This document shows positions 52,455-62,506 of a stretch of DNA of 64,000 nucleotides, piece by piece. Position numbers and translations under genes: made by a program. This stretch comes from Rhizobium sp. Q54. GTDB lineage: Bacteria > Pseudomonadota > Alphaproteobacteria > UBA2966 > CAIVPW01. Position 1 is the first letter of the stretch, and every line of letters starts with the position of its first letter. The stretch covers positions 20,739-84,738 of the forward strand of contig CAMDCA010000003.1 of assembly GCA_945889645.1 (NCBI GenBank), in the 5' to 3' direction. The notes under the pieces were generated by a model, which made no database searches, was not told the DNA's origin, and saw nothing but the letters and a program-made list of their open reading frames with translations.

Positions 52455-53155
52455 CCGACTCGCCCCAGAGCACCGAGCCCACGTCCGCACCCACCACCGA
52501 ATACGTACGCATGGCTGAGGCCCTTCTGTTTGCGGCCTCGGAACCCCTCGACGAAGAGAGCATCGCGGCACACCTGCCCGACGACGCCGACGTCGCGGCC
52601 GTGTTGGCGCAACTGGTTGCCGACTACACGCCGCGTGGCATCAACCTGGTCCAGGTGGCCGGCAAGTGGCAGTTCCGCACCGCGGCCGATCTGCGCCACC
52701 TGCTGGAGCGCCACATCAGCCAGGTGCGCAGGATGTCGCGCGCCGCCGTCGAGACGCTGGCGATCGTCGCCTACCACCAGCCGGTTACGCGCGCCGACAT
52801 TGAGGACATCCGTGGCGTCAGCTTGAGCAAAGGCTCGCTCGAAGTGCTGCTCGAAGCTGGTTGGGTAGTCCCGAAGGGTCGTCGCAAGACGCCGGGCAAG
52901 CCCGTCCTCTACGCCACCAGCGACACGTTCCTGGAGCACTTCGGTCTCGAGTCGATGACCGACCTGCCTGGGCTCGATGAGTTGAAGGCCACCGGCATGC
53001 TCCAGCGTGAGCCGCCTATGCCGACGGCGCTAGAACAGGCGAGCGGCGAGGGCCAGGAAGGCGACGAGGACGACTCGGACCTCGACGAAGATTCCTCAGA
53101 GGACTCTGGGGCCGAGACTTCCGACTCCGTTGTGCCCCTCAAGCCGCGCGGATAA
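52451..53155 (+). CDS. scpB: segregation and condensation protein B
   Basis: ATGA overlap with scpA. ..EALLFAASEPLDEESIA.. wHTH repeats and acidic C-terminal tail. Confidence 0.85.
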   Translation: MTDSPQSTEPTSAPTTEYVRMAEALLFAASEPLDEESIAAHLPDDADVAAVLAQLVADYTPRGINLVQVAGKWQFRTAADLRHLLERHISQVRRMSRAAVETLAIVAYHQPVTRADIEDIRGVSLSKGSLEVLLEAGWVVPKGRRKTPGKPVLYATSDTFLEHFGLESMTDLPGLDELKATGMLQREPPMPTALEQASGEGQEGDEDDSDLDEDSSEDSGAETSDSVVPLKPRG

Positions 53156-53593
53156 TCGCGCCAAATCAATCTACTAGCGATAACTCATAAAGTGTTTCAT
53201 TAGCCTGCGTTCGGTCCGCATCGCTCGCTCGCAGGCGGCGAATTGAGCGGCGTCCGCGTGTCAAAAGCGCCGGCGCCGTTGAAAGGCACCAAGGCGGAGG
53301 CCAGATAAAGAGGCGCGGGTCGAGCAGAGTTCGATTCGCGCGAGTGTTTCGTTTCCCGGTGGATGGAGTCCACGCCGGTCACACCTCCGTCACGCGCGAC
53401 GGTTAAGGTCGGCAGGAATTCAGCGGGCTCGGCCGTCAGGCACGCGGCGGCAGAGGGTGGGTGGCGGCTCGGTTCGTTGCGCCCCCGCAGGCATTCTGCG
53501 ATGATGCGTGAAATTCCATAGGTTTCGTAGGGACCTGAAGTCCTTGCGAACCCTGGCAGAGAGGGGCCACTCCTCGCGGGTGGAGTACTGTTA

Positions 53594-53830
53594 ATGTTCG
53601 GACCGGGAAGCTTCAGCATCTGGCATTGGCTCATCGTGCTAGCCGTGGTGGTGCTGCTGTTCGGCGGCGGCGGCAAGATCTCCAAAATCATGGGCGACTT
53701 CGGCAGCGGCCTTAAGGCCTTCAAGAAGGGCGTCAAGGAAGAGGAAACCGCCGAAGGCGAGACCAAGCGCAAGCTTGAGACCGATCGCCTGGCGTCCGAA
53801 TCGACCGAAAAGGAAACCGTCAAAGGCTAA
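53594..53830 (+). CDS. tatA: twin-arginine translocase subunit TatA
   Basis: ..[42 protein letters not shown]... Confidence 0.85.
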   Translation: MFGPGSFSIWHWLIVLAVVVLLFGGGGKISKIMGDFGSGLKAFKKGVKEEETAEGETKRKLETDRLASESTEKETVKG

Positions 53831-53887
53831 CCTTCGAGGACCGGCCTTCGGGCTCGGACCTCGGCCTGCGGACGGAGAACAAACAAC

Positions 53888-54376
53888 ATGCTGGGAGTCA
53901 GCTGGCCGGAGCTGATGATCGTGGCCGTGGTCACCGTATTGGTGGTTGGGCCTAAGGAACTGCCGCGAGTCTTGCGCAGTTTCACCATGTACGTGCGCAA
54001 GGCCCAGGGGCTGGCTCGCGAGTTCACCTCGGGCATGGAAGACCTGGCCCGCCAGGCGGACCTCGACGATCTCAAGACCGAAGCCAACAAGATCGGCAAC
54101 GACCTGAGCAGCTCGACGTCGTTCGCCGAGATGGACAAGATGCTCGATCCGGAAAACAGCGTCGCCGGTATGTTCACCGGCACCGCCATCGGCACGCCGA
54201 CCGCCGGCGCGTCCCAGGCCAATCTGGCCAAGAACGTCGCTGCCCTGGAAACCGCCAAGGTCGCCGGCGAAACGACCGCGCCGCAGCCGGCCATTGCCGC
54301 CCCGTCCGCCACCGTGACGGCGGAAGCTCCGGCCACTCCTGTTGCGGAACCCGTCCAGCGGCTGGCTGGCGCCTAA
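53888..54376 (+). CDS. tatB: twin-arginine translocase subunit TatB
   Basis: MLGVSWPELMIVAVVTVLVVGPKELPRVLRSF.. then amphipathic helix and Ala-rich tail. Confidence 0.8.
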   Translation: MLGVSWPELMIVAVVTVLVVGPKELPRVLRSFTMYVRKAQGLAREFTSGMEDLARQADLDDLKTEANKIGNDLSSSTSFAEMDKMLDPENSVAGMFTGTAIGTPTAGASQANLAKNVAALETAKVAGETTAPQPAIAAPSATVTAEAPATPVAEPVQRLAGA

Positions 54377-54379
54377 GCG

Positions 54380-55189
54380 ATGGCGCATCCGCAGAAAACA
54401 AAAGAAGACCTCGTCGTCGATCAGGCCAAAATGCCGCTGCTCGAGCACCTCGCCGAGCTGCGCCGCCGCCTGCTGTATTCGCTGGTCGCGTTCTTGATCG
54501 CCTTCTTCATCTGCTTCTACTTCGCCAATCAGCTGTTCAACTTCCTGGTCGCGCCGCTCGCCGACATGTGGGCGAACGAGCAGGGGCAGCACAAGCTCAT
54601 CTACACGGCGCTGACCGAGAAGTTCTTCGTCAACGTGAAGGTGGCGTTCTTCGCCGCCGGCATGATGGCCTTCCCGGTGATCGCCTCGCAGCTGTGGATG
54701 TTCGTCGCGCCCGGCATGTACCGCAGCGAGCGCAAGGCGTTCCTTCCGTTCCTGTACGTGACTCCGGTGCTGTTCCTGATGGGCGCATCGCTGGTCTATT
54801 ACGTGCTCATGCCGGTGGCGTGGGAGTTCTTCGCTAGCTTCCAGGGCCTGGCCAGCGAAGGCCTGCCGGTCGAGTTGCTGCCGCGCGTCAGCGAGTACCT
54901 CAGCCTCACCATGCGGCTGATCTTCGCCTTCGGCGTCGCATTCGAGTTGCCCGTGGCGCTGAGCCTGATGGTGCGGGCCGGCCTGACCAGCTCCGCCAGC
55001 CTGGCCGAGAAGCGCCGCTATGCGATCGTCATCGCCTTCATCGCCGCCGCGGTCCTGACGCCGCCCGACCCGTTGAGCCAGATCAGCCTCGCGGTCCCGA
55101 TCATCCTGCTCTACGAGATCTCGATCTGGACGGGTCGCGCCATCGAACGCCAGCGCGACCGCGCAGCCGCGGCAATCTCGGGCGCCTAG
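54380..55189 (+). CDS. tatC: twin-arginine translocase subunit TatC
   Basis: ..MPLLEHLAELRRRLLYSLVAFLIAF.., 6-TM TatC topology. Confidence 0.9.
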   Translation: MAHPQKTKEDLVVDQAKMPLLEHLAELRRRLLYSLVAFLIAFFICFYFANQLFNFLVAPLADMWANEQGQHKLIYTALTEKFFVNVKVAFFAAGMMAFPVIASQLWMFVAPGMYRSERKAFLPFLYVTPVLFLMGASLVYYVLMPVAWEFFASFQGLASEGLPVELLPRVSEYLSLTMRLIFAFGVAFELPVALSLMVRAGLTSSASLAEKRRYAIVIAFIAAAVLTPPDPLSQISLAVPIILLYEISIWTGRAIERQRDRAAAAISGA

Positions 55190-55206
55190 TACGACCCTTC
55201 GCCCTC

Positions 55207-55290
55207 GTCATTGCGAGGAGCGCAGCGACCGAGCAGTCCAGGGGGTCCGTCTCGTTGCTCTGGATTGCTTCGCCTCCGGCTCGCAATGAC
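55207..55290. repeat. REP-like imperfect-palindrome intergenic element, copy 2 (gtcattgcgaggagcgcagcgaccgagcagtccag..ctggattgcttcgcctccggctcgcaatgac)
   Basis: Same termini and right arm as copy 1 at 35335..35414. Lies between tatC stop and serS start. Confidence 0.7.
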
Positions 55291-55339
55291 ATCTGAGGCG
55301 CACTAGCCAAACCCCAGCAACTCCGGCTACCAACCCGCC

Positions 55340-56869
55340 ATGCTCGACCTCAAATGGATTCGTGAGCGCCCTGAGGAGTTGGACCGCGCGCTCGACCGCC
55401 GCGGCCAGCCCGCGCGCTCGCCCGAAATCCTCGCGCTCGACAAGGGGCGCCGCGATTTGCAGACCCGACTGCAGGAGCTGCAGACCGAGCGCAACCGCCT
55501 ATCGAAGGAGATTGGTGCTGCTAAGGGCATGAAGTCTCGGTCCGGGTCTGGATCGTTGTCTCAGTCCGTATCCGGGACGCAGGGCGCCGCTCGGTCTGAG
55601 TCCGGGGGGCGGGACGCCGCCGAACTCATGGCCAAGGTCACCGGGTTGAAGGACGAGACAGCGCGCCTTGAGGAGCAGGAGCGCGCCAAGGCCAAGGAAC
55701 TCGACGACCTGTTGGCGATGCTGCCGAACAGGCCCGATGACTCTGTCCCCTATGGCAAGGATGAACACGCCAACGTCGAGGTGCGCCGGATCGGAACGCC
55801 GAAGGCGGTACCGTTTGTTGCCAAGGACCACGCCGCGATCGGCACTGGCCTTGGCCTCATGGACTTCGACGCCGCGGCGCGCATTTCCGGCGCCCGCTTC
55901 GTCATTCTCAAGGGCCCGCTGGCGCGCCTAGAGCGCGCGCTTGGCGCCTTCATGCTCGACCTGCAGACCGGCGAGTACGGCTATTCCGAAACCGCCGTGC
56001 CCCACATGGTGAGAGACGAGAGCGTCTTCGGTACCGGACAACTACCCAAGTTCAAGGACGACCTGTTTCGGACGTCCTACTACGGGCCGGAAGAACAGCG
56101 ACGCTTCACCGAATACTTGGAGCGGAAGATGAATGAGGGGGGACACCCGGACATGCGGATTGGTCTCGCCAAGCCCCCAGAAGACCCTAGGCTCGCCAAC
56201 GAACAACGCCTACAGCAGCTCGTCCAGCATGAACTCTTGAATGGAGAGTTCGCCGCGCACCGCTGGCTCATTCCTACCGCCGAAGTGCCGCTGACGAATC
56301 TGGTGCGCGAGCAGACTGTGGACGGCGCGGTGCTGCCGATGCGCATGACCGCCCAGACGCCATGCTACCGATCCGAAGCGGGCGCGGCGGGCAAGGACAC
56401 GACCGGCATGATCCGCCAGCACCAGTTCACCAAGGTGGAACTGGTGTCGATCACCCGGCCCGAGGACTCGGATGCCGAGCACGAGCGCATGACCCAGTGT
56501 GCCGAAGAAGTGCTGAAGCGCCTCGATCTGCCGTACCGCACGATGCTGCTGTGCAGCGGCGACATGGGCTTCGCTGCCCGCAAGACCTACGACATCGAGG
56601 TTTGGCTGCCGGGGCAGGGCAGGTACCGCGAGATTTCGTCCTGCTCCAACTGCGGCGACTTCCAGGCGCGGCGCATGAACGCGCGCTTCAAGCGCACCGC
56701 CGACGCCAAACCGGAGTTCGTGCATACGCTCAACGGCTCCGGCCTCGCGGTCGGCCGCACGCTGATCGCGGTGCTGGAGAACTACCAGAACGCCGATGGG
56801 TCGGTGACGGTGCCGGCGCCGCTGCGCCCATACATGGGCGGCCTGGAGACCATTCGCCGTGGCAACTAG
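55340..56869 (+). CDS. serS: seryl-tRNA synthetase with two extra in-frame segments
   Basis: Class II motifs and ..[62 protein letters not shown].. conserved. 509 aa versus the ~430-aa E. coli enzyme. Confidence 0.9.
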   Translation: MLDLKWIRERPEELDRALDRRGQPARSPEILALDKGRRDLQTRLQELQTERNRLSKEIGAAKGMKSRSGSGSLSQSVSGTQGAARSESGGRDAAELMAKVTGLKDETARLEEQERAKAKELDDLLAMLPNRPDDSVPYGKDEHANVEVRRIGTPKAVPFVAKDHAAIGTGLGLMDFDAAARISGARFVILKGPLARLERALGAFMLDLQTGEYGYSETAVPHMVRDESVFGTGQLPKFKDDLFRTSYYGPEEQRRFTEYLERKMNEGGHPDMRIGLAKPPEDPRLANEQRLQQLVQHELLNGEFAAHRWLIPTAEVPLTNLVREQTVDGAVLPMRMTAQTPCYRSEAGAAGKDTTGMIRQHQFTKVELVSITRPEDSDAEHERMTQCAEEVLKRLDLPYRTMLLCSGDMGFAARKTYDIEVWLPGQGRYREISSCSNCGDFQARRMNARFKRTADAKPEFVHTLNGSGLAVGRTLIAVLENYQNADGSVTVPAPLRPYMGGLETIRRGN

Positions 56870-57668
56870 ACCGGCTGGCGCCGGATCAGGACCTTTGGGC
56901 CCGCGCATCCTGCTGGCCAACGATGACGGCATCAACTCGCCTGGCCTCGCTGTGCTGGAGGAGATCGCCCGTGGCATCAGCGACGACGTGTGGATCGTGG
57001 CGCCCGAGGACGAGCAGTCGGGGGCAGCCCACTCGCTGACCATCAACGAGCCGCTGCGTCTGCGCGCCGTGGGCGATCGGCGCTATGCCGTGCGCGGCAC
57101 GCCGACAGACTGCGTTATGCTGGCTGTCCACCACATCCTGCGCGGCCAGAAGCGGCCCGATCTGCTGCTGTCGGGCATCAACATGGGTGCCAACCTAGGC
57201 GAGGATGTCACTTATTCGGGGACCGTCGCGGCCGCGATGGAGGGCTGCTTGCTGGGCATCCGATCCATCGCCTTCAGCCAGCTGATGCGCCTGTCGGCCC
57301 CGGTCCATTGGGGCACGCCGCGCAAGTTCGCCCCGGGCATCATCCAGCGCGTCTTGTCGGTCGATTGGCCCGAAGGCGTGCTGATGAACGTTAACTTCCC
57401 CGACCTCCCGCCCGAGGCCGTAACCGGGGTCCTGACCTCGCTCCAGGGCCAGCGCGACCCGGCCGACCTTATTATTGAGGAGCGCATCGACGTCCGCGGC
57501 CTGCCGTATTATTGGATTGGTTTCAGAAGAAACCCGTTCAAGCCATTGGAAGATACTGATTTTGCCGTAATTGACCAGGGCGCAATCTCGGTTTCCCCCT
57601 TGCGCATCAACCTCTCCGACCCCGGTACCCGCGAGCGCATCCGGCCGCTGCTGAACGACCTGAAGTGA
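56859..57668 (+). CDS. surE: 5'/3'-nucleotidase SurE
   Basis: ..[20 protein letters not shown]... Start is GTG 56859 (11-nt overlap with serS) or TTG 56895. Confidence 0.85.
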   Translation: MATRPAGAGSGPLGPRILLANDDGINSPGLAVLEEIARGISDDVWIVAPEDEQSGAAHSLTINEPLRLRAVGDRRYAVRGTPTDCVMLAVHHILRGQKRPDLLLSGINMGANLGEDVTYSGTVAAAMEGCLLGIRSIAFSQLMRLSAPVHWGTPRKFAPGIIQRVLSVDWPEGVLMNVNFPDLPPEAVTGVLTSLQGQRDPADLIIEERIDVRGLPYYWIGFRRNPFKPLEDTDFAVIDQGAISVSPLRINLSDPGTRERIRPLLNDLK

Positions 57669-58327
57669 CGGATTGGGCCGTGGGCGCGGGCAACCGCATC
57701 CAGCTGCTGATGGAGCTGCGGCGGGCCGGCATCGATGACACCACGGTGCTGTCGGCCATCGAACGCCTGCCGCGCGACCAGTTCGTTGCGCCCGCGGACC
57801 AAGCGCGCGCCTGGGATGATGTCGGCCTGCCGGCGAGCGCCGCGGCGGCGGCCGTTCTGCGGCCGCTGCACGCCGCCGTCCTGCTGAAGGCGTTGACGCT
57901 CGATGGCCGCGAACGCGTCCTGCTGGTGCCGGCCGGTAGCGGATATTTCGCTGCGCTGATCGCCGCAACCTGCCGCTGGGTCTACACGGTCGAGGCCGAT
58001 CGCGGGACACGTACCGCGGCAGATGCGCGCATCAAGGCGCTGCGCATCAGCAACGTGGTCAGCCGGCAGGGCGATCCGCTCGCCGGATGGGAGCAGCAGG
58101 CGCCGTTCGACCGCATCGTCGTAGAGCAAGTTGTGTTCGACTTTCCAAGCACATTGCTGGCGCAGCTACGTGATGGTGGCAGCATGCTGGTGCCGCTCGG
58201 CGACACCGCCGATACGCATCACGTGCGCGGCAACCTCGCGACCATCACGCGCATCGTGCGCACCGGAGAATCGTACGAATCAGAATCGATTCTGCGCACG
58301 TCGTTCGCGACGCAGGTGCGGCACTAA
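57665..58327 (+). CDS. pcm: protein-L-isoaspartate O-methyltransferase paralogue (divergent SAM motif)
   Basis: GTG start overlapping surE stop (GTGA). Pcm-like fold but motif I reads VLLVPAGSGYFAALIA. Conserved surE-pcm-nlpD arrangement. Confidence 0.7.
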   Translation: MTDWAVGAGNRIQLLMELRRAGIDDTTVLSAIERLPRDQFVAPADQARAWDDVGLPASAAAAAVLRPLHAAVLLKALTLDGRERVLLVPAGSGYFAALIAATCRWVYTVEADRGTRTAADARIKALRISNVVSRQGDPLAGWEQQAPFDRIVVEQVVFDFPSTLLAQLRDGGSMLVPLGDTADTHHVRGNLATITRIVRTGESYESESILRTSFATQVRH

Positions 58328-58377
58328 CAACATGCCGATTTGCATTTTGATTCGATGTGACTCTATTTTGGACACCC

Positions 58378-59313
58378 ATGAGGGCAACGCGAACGATTTC
58401 GTTCTGCAGTGCGCTCGTGGGACTGGCGCTCGTCGGCGCGTGCTCCACGGCCGGCACACCTGCGCTCGTTCTTGATCGCACCGCGGCACCGCCCCCGCCG
58501 CGCGCCGTCCTCGCCACCACCTCCGTTACTCCGACGTCGCGCAGCGGGAGGTACATCGTGCGCAGCGGCGACACGCTGTCGGAGATCGCCGCTGACAACC
58601 GCGTCGATATGGCGCAACTGGCGCGCCTGAACAACCTGGCCCCGCCCTACAACATTCGCGCCGGCCAGTCCCTGGTGATGCCGGGCGCGCTGACCGCCGG
58701 CCTGGCGCCGACCGGACAGCTACCGTACGCGCCGCAGACCATCCAGGGTCAGATCGAGATCCTCAGCCGCTCCGCGACTGCGGCGTTTGCCGCAGCACCC
58801 GCGGCGGTGACCCCGGCAATCGGTCGCGCTGTGCCTCCGTCGCTGCGCCAGCCGACCGCCTCGTTGCCCAATCCGCCGCCGCGCTCGACCGCGGGGTTTG
58901 ACTGGCCGCTAAGCGGGCCGGTGGCATCCACGTTCGGCAGCAAGGGCGGCGGTGTCGCCAACGACGGCATCGACATTCGTGCCGCCGCCGGTACGCCGGT
59001 CATGGCGGTCGACAACGGCGTCGTGGCGTTTGCCAGCAACGAACTGAAGGCGCTCGGACACCTCGTACTGATTCAGCACGCGGGCGGCTGGGTCAGCGCC
59101 TATGCCAATGCCGGCAGTATCGTCGTCGAACGCGGCCAGACCGTGAATCGCGGCCAGCAGATCGCCACCGCCGGGCAGAGCGGCAATGCCAAGGCGGCCG
59201 GCATCCACTTCGAACTGCGCCGCGGCACGGTCGCCGTCGACCCGCTGCTGCACCTCAACGGCGTCGCTGTCGGGGTCCTGGCGCCAAAACTGGCTCCGCT
59301 CGCGCCGCGCTAG
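58378..59313 (+). CDS. nlpD: LysM + M23-peptidase lipoprotein (NlpD/LppB-like)
   Basis: ATG 58378. Lipobox LVGAC. LysM (YIVRSGDTLSEIAADNRVDMAQLARLNNL), Pro-rich linker, M23 motifs (..GIDIRAAAGTPV..LGHLVLIQHAGGWVSAY..). Confidence 0.8.
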   Translation: MRATRTISFCSALVGLALVGACSTAGTPALVLDRTAAPPPPRAVLATTSVTPTSRSGRYIVRSGDTLSEIAADNRVDMAQLARLNNLAPPYNIRAGQSLVMPGALTAGLAPTGQLPYAPQTIQGQIEILSRSATAAFAAAPAAVTPAIGRAVPPSLRQPTASLPNPPPRSTAGFDWPLSGPVASTFGSKGGGVANDGIDIRAAAGTPVMAVDNGVVAFASNELKALGHLVLIQHAGGWVSAYANAGSIVVERGQTVNRGQQIATAGQSGNAKAAGIHFELRRGTVAVDPLLHLNGVAVGVLAPKLAPLAPR

Positions 59314-60272
59314 CGGAGCGTCTTGCCCAATCGGCCGGCGAGGTCCTGGATGAACTGCCAGGCGACGCGTCCGGATCGAGCGCCGCGCGTCATCGACCAC
59401 TCCACCGCCTGGGCGCGCAGGGCGCGCACCGGCACCTTGAGGCGGTAGCGCGTGGCGTAGCCTTCGACCATGGCGAAGTAGTCGTCCTGGCTGGCGGGGT
59501 GGAAGCCGATCCACAGGCCGAAGCGATCCGATAGCGAAACCTTCTCGTCCACCGCCTCGGTCGGGCGGATGGCGGTCGCGCTCTCATTCTCGATCATGTC
59601 GCGCGGCACCATATGGCGCCGGTTGGACGTGGCGTAGAGAACGACGTTGTCGGGGCGGCCCTCGATGCCACCTTCGAGCATCGCCTTGAGCGAACGGTAG
59701 CCGGCGCCGTCGCGGGCAGAATCGCTGCCGCTGAGGTCGAACGACAGGTCGTCGCAAAACACGATGCAGCGCCTGTCGCTGGCCGCGAGCTGAGTCAGCA
59801 GCGCTGATAGGCTGCCGATGTCGTCGCGGTGCAACTCCACCAGGGCGAGCGAGCCCGGCACCTCGCCGTTGACCGTGGCGTGGACTGCCTTGATGAGGGA
59901 ACTCTTGCCCATGCCCTTGGCGCCCCACAGCAGGGCGTTGTTGGCCGATAGGCGGCGGGCGAACTGGCGGGTGTTGGCGAGCAGGATGTCGCGCTGCGAA
60001 TCGATGCCCTGAAGCAGGTTCAGGTCGACGCGGGCGATGCGGGTGGCCGTGCGCAAGTATCCGGCGCCGCCCTCCCAAACGAACACATCAGCCGAACCGA
60101 GGTCGCTCGACGGCGGCGCGACGGGCGCCAGCCGCTCCAGTGCAGCGGCAATGCGGCGCAGGGCGGCGTCGTCAGTGGCCGCCCGTGGCTCGACAGGCAG
60201 CGCTGAAGGATGGCGGGCCCGAGGTTTCGTGGCGTTGGACTTCTTGGCGCGGGATTTGGCGGCGCGAGCCAT
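59310..60272 (-). CDS. DUF815-family ATP-binding protein (P-loop)
   Basis: Walker A GAKGMGKSS. Conserved neighbour of yajC-secDF in alpha-proteobacteria. Confidence 0.8.
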   Translation of the reverse strand: MARAAKSRAKKSNATKPRARHPSALPVEPRAATDDAALRRIAAALERLAPVAPPSSDLGSADVFVWEGGAGYLRTATRIARVDLNLLQGIDSQRDILLANTRQFARRLSANNALLWGAKGMGKSSLIKAVHATVNGEVPGSLALVELHRDDIGSLSALLTQLAASDRRCIVFCDDLSFDLSGSDSARDGAGYRSLKAMLEGGIEGRPDNVVLYATSNRRHMVPRDMIENESATAIRPTEAVDEKVSLSDRFGLWIGFHPASQDDYFAMVEGYATRYRLKVPVRALRAQAVEWSMTRGARSGRVAWQFIQDLAGRLGKTLR

Positions 60273-60426
60273 CAGCGGACCTAATTCCAGGGCGTCCGGT
60301 CTTCCCGCGGTCTACCCCGAACCGCCCGGAAACCGGCCGGTCCTGCGATAGGCAAAGCAGGGGTTGGGGTTTATAGTCCGGCCCTCATTGCCATTCCAGG
60401 CATAACCATCCAGCCAGAGCGTCCGC

Positions 60427-60849
60427 ATGTTTGTCACACCCGCCTACGCCCAGGCGCAAGGCGCGACAGGAGTCGAGAGCCTGTCGTATTTCCTGCCGAT
60501 CATTTTGATCATGATCGTCTTCTACTTTCTGCTGTTCCGGCCCCAGCAGAAGAAGGCGAAAGAGCACAAGGACATGGTCGAGGCGGTGAAGCGGGGTGAC
60601 CAGGTCGTCACCGCCGGCGGCATCGTCGGCAAGGTCATCAAGGTGGGCGAAGAAGGCCGCATTACGGTCGAGATCGCGCCCAATGTGAAGGTCGAGGTTC
60701 TACGCGGCACTCTCGCCGACGTGCTCAGCAAGCCTGTGCCGGCCGATGCCGACAAGGGCGGCAAGCGCAAGGACGCCAAGGCGGCCCCGGACAAGCCGCA
60801 AGAGCAGGGCCCCACGCCAAGCGACACGAACCCGAACGCCAATCCGTAG
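60427..60849 (+). CDS. yajC: preprotein translocase subunit YajC (with Lys/Pro-rich C-terminal extension)
   Basis: ..YFLPIILIMIVFYFLLFRPQQKKAKEHKDMVEAVKRGDQVVTAGGIVGKV... Confidence 0.85.
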   Translation: MFVTPAYAQAQGATGVESLSYFLPIILIMIVFYFLLFRPQQKKAKEHKDMVEAVKRGDQVVTAGGIVGKVIKVGEEGRITVEIAPNVKVEVLRGTLADVLSKPVPADADKGGKRKDAKAAPDKPQEQGPTPSDTNPNANP

Positions 60850-60862
60850 CGGGTAGTTCGCG

Positions 60863-62482
60863 ATGCTCTATTTCGCACGATGGAAGGTCGGAGCGATCCT
60901 GGCGGTGATTGTCGCCGGGATCATCTACATGCTGCCGACCGTCCTTCCGCCGAGCGTGTTTGCATCCCTGCCAAAGTGGGTGCCGCACAAGACAATCAAT
61001 CTTGGTCTCGACTTACGCGGCGGATCGCATCTTCTGCTGGAAGTCGATACGCGGGCGGTGGTGCGCGAACGCCTTAACGCGGTGGTCGATGATACACGCA
61101 CGGCGCTGCGCGAGGACTTCATCGGCTACACCGGCCTCGCCGTCGGCGCGGACAACGTCGTCCGCCTATCCATTCGCGACCCCGCACAGGTGGCGGCCGC
61201 AGTGAAGAAGATTGAGGCCCTCTCCACCCCGATACAGAGCGGCGCCTTCGGCATTGCCCAGCCCGACATTTCGGTCGAGGTGAGCGGCGCCGAGCTTTCC
61301 GTCCGCCTCAGCGAAGCAGCGGCGACCCAGCGCGCCACCAACGCCGTCCAGCAGTCGATCGAGGTTGTGCGCCGCCGTATCGACGAAACCGGCACCGCCG
61401 AACCGTCGATCCAGCGCCAGGGCACTGGCCGCATCCTGGTGCAACTGCCGGGCGTCGACGATCCCGACCGCATCAAGCGTCTGCTCGGCCGCACCGCGAA
61501 GCTGACGTTCCAGATGGTGGACAACGATACGTCGCTGGCCGACGCGCTCGCCGGCCGCCTGCCGCCTGGGTCCGAAATCGTGCCGGCCGAGAACGAGGTC
61601 AATCTTGACGGCACTCCTGTGCGCTACGTGCTGAAGAGCCGTGCCGTCATCACCGGCGAGATGCTGGTAGACGCGCACCCGACCACTGACGGGCGCACCG
61701 GCCAGCCGGTGGTCTCCATGCGCTTCGATCCGACGGGATCGCGCCGCTTCGGCGAGACGACGTCGGCCAATGTCGGCAAGCGATTCGCCATCGTGCTCGA
61801 CGGCAAGGTAATCAGTGCGCCGGTCATCCAGGAACCGATCCTTGGGGGCACGGGGCAGATCTCGGGCAACTTCACGATCTCCAGCGCCAATGATCTCTCC
61901 GTGCTGCTGCGCGCCGGCGCGCTGCCGGCTCCCCTCGTCGTCCTCGAAGAGCGTACCGTTGGGCCCGGCCTTGGCGCGGACTCGGTGCGGGCAGGCGCCA
62001 TCGCCTCGATCATCGGCTTCGTGGGCATGGTCGCGTACATGTTCGCGACCTACGGCCCGTTCGCGGTCTTCGCCAACATCGCACTGTTGGTGAACATCGT
62101 CCTGATCTTCGCCATTCTGTCGGCGCTGCAGGCGACCCTGACGCTGCCCGGCATCGCCGGCATCGTGCTGACCATGGGCATGGCGGTTGACGCCAACGTG
62201 CTTATCAACGAGCGCGTGCGCGAGGAGATCGCGGCGGGGCGGACGGTGCTGTCCTCCCTGGAAGCAGGCTATAAGCGCGCCCTCACGACGATCATCGACT
62301 CAAACCTCACCGCGTTCATCACCGGCGTCATCCTCTATCTGCTCGGCACCGGCCTTGTGCGCGGCTTTGCCTTGACGCTGTGCGTCGGCATCGTCACGTC
62401 GATGTTCACTGCGGTGACGTTCTCGCGCTGGATGACGTCGATGTGGGTGATGCGGGCGCGCCCGCAAACCCTGATCGTCTGA
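60863..62482 (+). CDS. secD: protein translocase subunit SecD
   Basis: 539 aa, periplasmic domain plus 6 C-terminal TM helices. Confidence 0.95.
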   Translation: MLYFARWKVGAILAVIVAGIIYMLPTVLPPSVFASLPKWVPHKTINLGLDLRGGSHLLLEVDTRAVVRERLNAVVDDTRTALREDFIGYTGLAVGADNVVRLSIRDPAQVAAAVKKIEALSTPIQSGAFGIAQPDISVEVSGAELSVRLSEAAATQRATNAVQQSIEVVRRRIDETGTAEPSIQRQGTGRILVQLPGVDDPDRIKRLLGRTAKLTFQMVDNDTSLADALAGRLPPGSEIVPAENEVNLDGTPVRYVLKSRAVITGEMLVDAHPTTDGRTGQPVVSMRFDPTGSRRFGETTSANVGKRFAIVLDGKVISAPVIQEPILGGTGQISGNFTISSANDLSVLLRAGALPAPLVVLEERTVGPGLGADSVRAGAIASIIGFVGMVAYMFATYGPFAVFANIALLVNIVLIFAILSALQATLTLPGIAGIVLTMGMAVDANVLINERVREEIAAGRTVLSSLEAGYKRALTTIIDSNLTAFITGVILYLLGTGLVRGFALTLCVGIVTSMFTAVTFSRWMTSMWVMRARPQTLIV

Positions 62483-62506
62483 GAAGCGCTGGTTAGGAGT
62501 CGGCTC

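Noticed and set aside
55525-56260. Intein or mobile element inside serS
   Set aside because: Segments are 28 and 62 codons, far below mini-intein size. No Cys/Ser+1 or terminal HN/Asn splicing motifs, no endonuclease motifs, no terminal inverted repeats beyond a 6-bp local hairpin.
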